NCBI RefSeq assembly: GCF_001306055.1
Contig: NZ_LGHJ01000017.1
Location: 60,001 to 92,000 of the forward strand
From: Bellilinea caldifistulae
GTDB taxonomy: Bacteria > Chloroflexota > Anaerolineae > Anaerolineales > Anaerolineaceae
Direction of reading: 5' to 3'
Length of the DNA: 32,000 nt
Below the pieces are notes generated by a model, which was not told the origin of the DNA, searched no databases, and was given only the letters and a program-made list of their open reading frames with translations. The position numbers and the translations under genes were made by a program. Positions within the stretch are counted from its first letter, which is position 1; the number at the start of each line of letters is the position of its first letter. Below are positions 26,205 through 32,000 of this stretch, one piece after another.

Positions 26205-26371
26205 GAGGATACTCCCGATGATTTTTTTCTCCGCACAGGATCTGGTTTTAGTTTAGCACGGATTTTATCCGCCGCACACCAGTCATGTCTTAAACATCAC
26301 TGACTCTTTATGATAAACTTGGCGTTGTTAAGCGTTTTCAAATCCCAACCCATTGAACGCAAAGGAAGATT

Positions 26372-28159
26372 ATGTGCGGAATATTTGGCATTGTAACCGA
26401 AAAAGAACAACCTCTTGGCCCGATTCTGATTGAAGCCGCCCGCCGCCTGACCTACCGGGGCTACGACTCGGTAGGGGCTGCTACCATCTCCGGCAGCCGG
26501 ATTGATTTACGGAAAGATGTTGGCAAAGTGGATGAGGTAGCTGCCCGCTACAACTTTGCGGAAATGACCGGCAGTCGGGGCATCACCCAGTTGCGTTGGG
26601 CGACCTTTGGCGCACCATCTCAGGTCAATGCCCAACCGCACCTCGATTCGGACGGAGACATGGTCGGCGCTCACAACGGCAATGTGGTCAATAATGTGGA
26701 ACTGCGCCGACAATTCATGGCAGAGGGGATGACGGTGCGCTCGCACAACGACGGCGAATCGTGCGTGCATGCGGTCGAACGCTACGTTGACCGCGGATTT
26801 GATTTCATCGAAGCCATCCGCCGCGCCTATCAGGATTTACAGGGCGATTACGCCTACGTCATCGGGCGGATTAACGATGACAAGCTCTACGCCATCAAAA
26901 AAGGTAGCGGTTTGGTGGTTGGGATTGGCGAGGGATTTACCTGTGTTTCTTCGGATTTACCCTCCATTCTGCCCCTTACTCGAAAAATCCTGCGAATTCA
27001 GGACGGCGAGATCATCACGCTTTGGGCCAATCGGGTCGAATTGCGCTCGGTTGTGGATGGTCGGCTGATTGAACGCGAGCCCGAACTGGTCACCGAAACG
27101 ATGGAAGCCGTCCAAAAGGGCGGTTACGCTCATTTCATGCTCAAAGAAATCCACGAACAGCCGCAGGTAGCCCGCGAAGTATTGCACATGCTGGCTGGCA
27201 GCACAGAGGTAAAACGGGTGCTGGATGCCATCCGTAACGCCCGCCAGGTTTATTTCATCGGCTGCGGTACCAGTTACCACGCCTGTCTGGCCGGTTCGGT
27301 GTACTTTGCACAACTGGCTGGCCGAGCGGTTATTCCGGTGCTGGCGCCCCAGTTCATCCCCCAATACCTGCCGGCGGTCAATAAGCAAGATGTGGGCATT
27401 TTTGTCAGCCAGTCTGGCGAAACAAAAGATGTGTTAAATGCTTTGCAGGCTGCCGAAGCCCAGGGTATGACCTGTCTGGGCTTGGCGAATGTGATCGGCT
27501 CAACCCTCACCAAAGCAACCGCCTGTTGGCTGCCCTTGTGTTGTGGCTATGAAATCAGTGTACCCGCTACCAAGACTTTCACCAATCAGGTGGTTACCTT
27601 TTTGTATCTGGCTTATCGTCTTGCCGGCCGGGACACCCGCCCGCTGGAAGACATCCCCGCCCTGATGGAAACAACCCTCAATACAGCCGCACCCCAGATT
27701 GAGGCAATTGTCCCGGCAATCAATCCATGGAACGATTTGTACTGCCTGGGTTATGGGGCCACCTACCCGATGGCCCTGGAAGGCGCACTCAAACTCAAAG
27801 AGATCACCTACGCTCATTGTGAAGGCATGTTATCTACCGAGTTCAAACACGGACCACTTTCTGCCGTGACGGAGAATTATCCGGTACTCTTTGTAACCGG
27901 GCCGGAAGACGTACCCCTGATCGTCAGCGGGATCAACGAGGTCACCTGTCGCGGAGGAAGGGCAATTGCCATTGGGCAGGAAGATTCCCGTCTGCGCGCC
28001 AATGCCAGCGAGGTCATCACCCTCCCTGAAGCCAGCCCTGAAATATCCTCCCTGCTCAGCGTTTTGCCCCTCCAATTGCTCGCCTATCACATGTCGGTGG
28101 GGCGCGGCTACGACCCGGACTTTCCGCGCAACCTCAGCAAAACCCTGACGGTGGACTGA
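26372..28159 (+). CDS. glmS: Glutamine--fructose-6-phosphate aminotransferase (isomerizing)
   Basis: MCGIFGIV supplies the Ntn Cys. Two SIS domains follow (FIGCGTSYHA, VSQSGETKDVL), with KEITYAHCEG and the C-terminal NLSKTLTVD. The product is 595 aa. Confidence 0.97.
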   Translation: MCGIFGIVTEKEQPLGPILIEAARRLTYRGYDSVGAATISGSRIDLRKDVGKVDEVAARYNFAEMTGSRGITQLRWATFGAPSQVNAQPHLDSDGDMVGAHNGNVVNNVELRRQFMAEGMTVRSHNDGESCVHAVERYVDRGFDFIEAIRRAYQDLQGDYAYVIGRINDDKLYAIKKGSGLVVGIGEGFTCVSSDLPSILPLTRKILRIQDGEIITLWANRVELRSVVDGRLIEREPELVTETMEAVQKGGYAHFMLKEIHEQPQVAREVLHMLAGSTEVKRVLDAIRNARQVYFIGCGTSYHACLAGSVYFAQLAGRAVIPVLAPQFIPQYLPAVNKQDVGIFVSQSGETKDVLNALQAAEAQGMTCLGLANVIGSTLTKATACWLPLCCGYEISVPATKTFTNQVVTFLYLAYRLAGRDTRPLEDIPALMETTLNTAAPQIEAIVPAINPWNDLYCLGYGATYPMALEGALKLKEITYAHCEGMLSTEFKHGPLSAVTENYPVLFVTGPEDVPLIVSGINEVTCRGGRAIAIGQEDSRLRANASEVITLPEASPEISSLLSVLPLQLLAYHMSVGRGYDPDFPRNLSKTLTVD

Positions 28160-28202
28160 AAACCCTACCATCCTTCAATCTTTTTTGATGACATTTGTCC
28201 GC

Positions 28203-28230
28203 TTGACATTCTCAGCGGATGTTTTACAAT
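28203..28230 (+). promoter_or_regulatory. Sigma70-type promoter of the arsR-family operon
   Basis: TTGACA (28203-28208), a 16 nt spacer, then TACAAT (28225-28230). Confidence 0.6.
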
Positions 28231-28254
28231 TACATTCAAGGAGTTGAATGTAAT
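28229..28254 (+). promoter_or_regulatory. 26 bp palindrome, candidate ArsR/SmtB operator, spanning the -10 end, RBS and start codon
   Basis: ATTACATTCAA-GGAG-TTGAATGTAAT has perfect 11 bp arms (28229-28239 and 28244-28254). The 4 nt spacer is the core of the AAGGAG RBS. The right arm ends in the first two bases of the ATG at 28253. Confidence 0.5.
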
Positions 28255-28654
28255 GACCAGCGATCCTTTAGACCGCTTTCAGACAGCGGCTCAGTTGTTC
28301 AAAGCTCTTGCCCACCCGGCTCGTCTGGCGATTTTGGACGTTCTGCGTCAGGGAGAGGAATGTGTTTGCCACTTGGAAGCCGTGTTGGGTTTTCGGCAGG
28401 CGTACCTTTCTCAGCAGCTGGCTGTGCTGCGCGAAGCGGGGATTCTCCAGGACCGCCGTGAAGGATGGAATATCTACTATCGCATCGTCCGAAAGGATGT
28501 TTTCGAGATCCTCGACGCCATTCGTACCGTCCTGCCGGAACAAGTTCAGCGGGATGATCTTGCTGAACCACATGAGTGTGACTGTCCAAAGTGTAGACGC
28601 AAAGAATCTCCAGCGGCGAGCTCGAAAGCCTTCCTCGCCCTTAATCGGGATTGA
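28253..28654 (+). CDS. ArsR/SmtB family metal(loid)-responsive transcriptional repressor
   Basis: The winged-HTH sequence is LFKALAHPARLAILDVLRQGEECVCHLEAVLGFRQAYLSQQLAVLREAGILQDRREGWNIYYRI. It contains an alpha3 C-V-C-H site and a C-terminal H-E-C-D-C-P-K-C tail. The ATG at 28253 has AAGGAG 9 nt upstream; the track start is a TTG at 28244. Confidence 0.9.
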   Translation: MTSDPLDRFQTAAQLFKALAHPARLAILDVLRQGEECVCHLEAVLGFRQAYLSQQLAVLREAGILQDRREGWNIYYRIVRKDVFEILDAIRTVLPEQVQRDDLAEPHECDCPKCRRKESPAASSKAFLALNRD

Positions 28655-28750
28655 TTGTTGATGTGAATTGGCCGGAGCAATCTGGTGCCATTTTTATTGG
28701 GAAATTAATATTCAAAATCCTGCATAAGAAAAGGAATTACCAACCGCATT

Positions 28751-30082
28751 ATGGACTCAATCCTCAACACCCTTTCATCCCTGCTCTTTGCTGGTTGGAG
28801 CAGTCTGTTGGACTATCTGGCTGCTCATGTATTGCTCTGTCTTGTGCCGGCTTTCATCATCGCCGGTTTTATGAGTTCGATGATCCCCAAAGAGACCATC
28901 ACCCGTTACCTTGGCCCCAAAGCCTCCAAATGGATCAGTTACCCGGCCTCCGCATTCGGCGGATTTATCCTGGCAGTTTGCTCGTGTACCATCTTGCCGC
29001 TCTTCGCTGGTATCTGGAAACGCGGTGCCGGTTTAGGACCGGCAATCACCTTCTTATTCGTCGGTCCGGCCATCAACATCCTTGCCATTACCTACACTGG
29101 CGCAGCAATCGGCTTTGATATTGCGGTAGCGCGTCTCGTCCTGTCCATCGCCTTTGGGATTGTCATTGGTCTGGCAATGGCGTGGATTTTCCGCAAAGAG
29201 GAAACCGCCCGCACACTTCAAATGACCGAAGCGGGGATGTTCGAGCAATCGGCGCAGGTCAAACCGGCGATCTGGGTAGTGTTTTTACTGCTGGTAGCCG
29301 TGTTGATCGTCGGCACGCTACAAATAGACTTGTTGACCAACGTCTATGCTCAGATCCGTCTGCCGTTTGAGATCAACCCTCAGCTGCGGGATAGCCTTTC
29401 GGCTGTCAACCTGACTTTTCAGGGTGCTTTGCTGATTATCTTGCTGGTTTTCATTGGTCTCACCGCCTGGAAAGGGTTTGAAAATGTGTTTTCCGGCTTC
29501 AACCGCTGGACGTATGTTGCCATCGGCCTGATTGCCTTTACGATCATCGTTGCATCGCCCAAAGAGGAAATCGGCTCGATTATCATCGGTATTAATGGAC
29601 GGCTGATTGGCGAAGCGCTGGTGTTGACCGCGTTAGGGGCGGTGATAAGCCGTTCGTTCACCAAAGATGAACTGAGCGGTTGGATTTGGGAAACCTGGAA
29701 GTTCGTCAAACAAATCTTCCCCTTGCTGATCGTCGGTGTCTTTCTGGCAGGCATTGCCAAAGAAATTATCCCGGCGGTGTGGGTGCAAACCATTGCCGGC
29801 CGCAATACCTTATTCGCCAATCTGGTGGGTGTATTATTCGGTGTCTTCATGTACTTCCCCACTCTGGTGGAAGTGCCGGTTGCCAGAATGTTCCTCGATC
29901 TCGGCATGGCACGTGGGCCATTACTGGCTTACCTGCTGGCCGATCCTGAACTTTCGCTCCAATCCATTCTGGTCTTAAACGGCGTGATGGGCAGAAAAAA
30001 GACCGCAGTCTATGTATCTCTGGTCGCTTTGATGAGCACCAGCGCGGGTTACTTATTTGGATTGCTGCTGGCCGCCAGTTAG
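28751..30082 (+). CDS. Multi-pass membrane permease of the ArsP_1/YraQ (PF03773-like) family
   Basis: The 443 aa product is highly hydrophobic. AVCSCTILPLFAGIWKRGAGLGPAITFLFVGPAINILAI is the hallmark C-x-C plus GP..A segment of this predicted permease family. It lies directly downstream of the ArsR gene. Confidence 0.7.
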   Translation: MDSILNTLSSLLFAGWSSLLDYLAAHVLLCLVPAFIIAGFMSSMIPKETITRYLGPKASKWISYPASAFGGFILAVCSCTILPLFAGIWKRGAGLGPAITFLFVGPAINILAITYTGAAIGFDIAVARLVLSIAFGIVIGLAMAWIFRKEETARTLQMTEAGMFEQSAQVKPAIWVVFLLLVAVLIVGTLQIDLLTNVYAQIRLPFEINPQLRDSLSAVNLTFQGALLIILLVFIGLTAWKGFENVFSGFNRWTYVAIGLIAFTIIVASPKEEIGSIIIGINGRLIGEALVLTALGAVISRSFTKDELSGWIWETWKFVKQIFPLLIVGVFLAGIAKEIIPAVWVQTIAGRNTLFANLVGVLFGVFMYFPTLVEVPVARMFLDLGMARGPLLAYLLADPELSLQSILVLNGVMGRKKTAVYVSLVALMSTSAGYLFGLLLAAS

Positions 30083-30125
30083 CGCCACCACCTGAAAAAA
30101 AGTGGTACACTAATGTTGAACAACC

Positions 30126-30151
30126 GGGCAACCTCAATCTTGAGGTTGCCC
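30126..30151 (+). other. Perfect 12 bp inverted repeat (hairpin or protein-binding palindrome) between the permease and CBS genes
   Basis: GGGCAACCTCAA-tc-TTGAGGTTGCCC lies 44 nt after the permease stop. No T-tract follows (CCTCACCTTTG). Confidence 0.4.
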
Positions 30152-30198
30152 CCTCACCTTTGATGAGCCAGCCGCTGAAAACCGGAAAGCGAGGGGAC

Positions 30199-30654
30199 AT
30201 GCTCCAGATATCCCGATGGATGAAAAAGGAGGTCATCTCCATTCCGCTGAATTCGACTCTTCGTCAGGCGATTCAGTTATTCATTGATCATCATATTGGC
30301 ACTCTGCCAGTAGTGAACGAAGATCATCATCTGGTTGGAATTTTACGCCTGCAGGATGTCATTGATATGGGAATGCCGGATTTCATCCATCTGGTCACCG
30401 ATTTTGATTTTCTGCATGGGTTTGGTGCAGTTGAAAATCAGCGCCCCGACCCGCAGATTTTTGAAAAGAAGATCGAAGATCTGATTCTTGAACCCGTTTC
30501 GGTTCATGAAGACTCCGGTTTATTCCGTACGGCGGCTCTTTTGCACAAACACGCCTTAAGCGACCTGCCGGTAGTGGATCACGAAGGCCGGCTGGTGGGC
30601 ATCGCCTCGCATGTGGATATCGGTGTTGCCCTACTCTCCTACTGGCTCTCTTGA
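30199..30654 (+). CDS. CBS-domain pair protein
   Basis: MLQISRWMKKEVISIPLNSTLRQAIQLFIDHHIGTLPVVNEDHHLVGILRLQDVI forms the first CBS motif, and the second is ...LSDLPVVDHEGRLVGIASHVDI. The start is chosen at the ATG at 30199, a typical CBS N-terminus. The track ORF begins at a TTG at 30160. Confidence 0.85.
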   Translation: MLQISRWMKKEVISIPLNSTLRQAIQLFIDHHIGTLPVVNEDHHLVGILRLQDVIDMGMPDFIHLVTDFDFLHGFGAVENQRPDPQIFEKKIEDLILEPVSVHEDSGLFRTAALLHKHALSDLPVVDHEGRLVGIASHVDIGVALLSYWLS

Positions 30655-30665
30655 GGTTTCAGCCG

Positions 30666-31961
30666 ATGACATTTTCGCTTTCTACCGCCGTTTCGGCTTT
30701 TCTTTTTTTGGGCTGCCTTGCTTTGATTTTCAGCGAGAAACTTCATCGTACCATTGTCGCTGTGGCAGGTGCAGTTTTGATGGTCATTGCTGGGTTAATC
30801 CTGGGTTTCTACAACGAAGCTCAGGCGCTTTCCTCGATTGACTTCAACACCTTGGGGTTGCTGTTCGGCATGATGCTGCTGGTTGCCATGCTGGAACCGA
30901 CCGGCTTCTTCGAGTTTCTGGCTGTGTGGGTCGGAAAAATGTCCAAAGGCAAAGCCGGCTTGCTGCTTTTCCTGCTGGCGCTGGTAACCTCCCTGGTCTC
31001 GATGTTTTTGGATAACGTCACCACCGTGGTGCTGATTGCGCCGGTCACCATTTTGATCTGTGAAATTTTAGGATTCTCCCCTCAGCCCTTTTTGATTTCC
31101 GAAGCCATCCTCTCCAACATCGGCGGCATTTCCACACTGGTCGGTGACCCGCCCAACGTGCTGATTGCTTCGGCAGCAGGATTTACCTTTGTGGATTTTA
31201 TCGTTCACAGTTTCCCCCTCATCATCGTGGTGTGGTTCTCGGCTTATGCGATGCTGAGTTGGATGTTTCGCAAGGAACTCCGCCAGCCCTCTCCCAATGC
31301 GGAAGCAGTTCAATCCCTCAACCCGCAGGATGCCTACACCGATCAGCCAACCGCCCGAAAAGCCCTGATTGTGATTGGAATTGCGGTCATCTTCTTTTTT
31401 CTAGAAGAACTGCTTGAAATCCGCCCGGCAATCATTGCGCTGGCTGCTGCTTCCCTTGCTTTAATCTGGATAAGACCCAACATCAGCGATTTACTGAAAC
31501 GCATCCAGTGGGAAATTCTGCTGTTCTTTGCCGGTTTGTTTGTTATGATCGGCGGCATTCAACAAGCCGGCGTCTTGGATATTTTCACCAGCCTGATTGT
31601 CCAGCTGGTTTCACTCTCACCCGCTCTGGCCGGTTTGATCCTGTTGTGGTCGGTAGCACTACTCTCTGCAATCGTGGATAACATCCCGATCACCATCACG
31701 CTTATCCCCATCATTCAGCATTTGGTTTTACCCGGTTCAAATCCCTCTTTTTTGTGGTGGGCGCTGGTATTTGGTGCCGGCTTAGGAGGAAACGGCACAA
31801 TCATCGGTTCGACAGCCAATGTGGTTGTGGTTGGTCTTTCGGAAAAAACCCGCCTGCCAATCACCAGTCAAACATGGAACAAACGTGGCCTGCCGGTTAT
31901 GCTGCTTTCCTGCCTGGTTACTTCAATCCTGTACTGGCTGACTCTGCCGACATTTTTTTGA
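30666..31961 (+). CDS. ArsB/NhaD superfamily (P-permease/SLC13-like) anion transporter
   Basis: About 12 TM segments. LDNVTTVVLIAPVT, SNIGGISTLVGDPPNVLIA and the second-half repeat VDNIPITITLIP...GGNGTIIGSTANVV are typical of the ArsB_NhaD permease family. The ATG at 30666 has GAGG 9 nt upstream. The alternative TTG at 30651 overlaps the CBS stop (TTGA). Confidence 0.8.
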   Translation: MTFSLSTAVSAFLFLGCLALIFSEKLHRTIVAVAGAVLMVIAGLILGFYNEAQALSSIDFNTLGLLFGMMLLVAMLEPTGFFEFLAVWVGKMSKGKAGLLLFLLALVTSLVSMFLDNVTTVVLIAPVTILICEILGFSPQPFLISEAILSNIGGISTLVGDPPNVLIASAAGFTFVDFIVHSFPLIIVVWFSAYAMLSWMFRKELRQPSPNAEAVQSLNPQDAYTDQPTARKALIVIGIAVIFFFLEELLEIRPAIIALAAASLALIWIRPNISDLLKRIQWEILLFFAGLFVMIGGIQQAGVLDIFTSLIVQLVSLSPALAGLILLWSVALLSAIVDNIPITITLIPIIQHLVLPGSNPSFLWWALVFGAGLGGNGTIIGSTANVVVVGLSEKTRLPITSQTWNKRGLPVMLLSCLVTSILYWLTLPTFF

Positions 31962-32000
31962 TGAATTAGGGAAAACTTTCTCAATTCGATTACAGGTATA

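Noticed and set aside
26205-26371. A possible glmS ribozyme in the 167 nt region upstream of glmS.
   Set aside because: I could not find the conserved core elements, such as the AGCGCC cleavage-site segment and the GACGAGG-type core. The region is also shared with the divergent coaX promoter. A covariance-model scan (Rfam RF00234) would settle this.
28651-29118. A 155 aa plus-strand ORF between arsR and the permease gene.
   Set aside because: It is out of frame with, and largely overlaps, the 443 aa permease ORF, which carries clear family motifs. Its own translation has no membrane or domain features.

Overview
This 32 kb window is gene-dense chromosomal DNA (about 90% coding) with no rRNA, tRNA, CRISPR array, transposase, integrase or phage genes that I can see. 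Gene content and the Pro/Thr-rich secreted proteins suggest a Chloroflexota (Anaerolineae-like) bacterium, but this is only an inference. The genes, in order, are:
- a partial URO-D/MtaA-like gene, then a TetR regulator and an SDR oxidoreductase;
- gnd and purB;
- a complete dTDP-L-rhamnose set (rfbD, and rfbC-rfbB-rfbA on the opposite strand);
- a cell-surface cluster: two paralogous LamG-domain proteins with PT-rich tails, an NBR1-like Ig-domain lipoprotein, an SGNH-like hydrolase with a C-terminal membrane anchor, and a secreted 5'-nucleotidase;
- a receiver-PP2C (SpoIIE) phosphatase;
- fixA-fixB-fixC-fixX followed by a CitE-like lyase;
- DegV, an SRPBCC protein and a small lipoprotein;
- a divergent uracil-phosphoribosyltransferase-like protein, then coaX and glmS;
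- an ArsR-type regulator, an ArsP_1-type permease, a CBS protein and an ArsB/NhaD-type permease.

I do not see a clear new multi-gene system such as a defence island. The items most worth a second look are:
- the apparently circularly permuted LamG paralogues with a near-identical 81 bp PT repeat, next to the rhamnose genes;
- the divergent UPRT-like gene, which has a terminator-like leader;
- the degenerate receiver on the PP2C phosphatase;
- the 26 bp palindrome spanning the arsR -10 element, ribosome-binding site (RBS) and start codon.

All functional calls come from reading the translations by eye against remembered family motifs. No searches were run.
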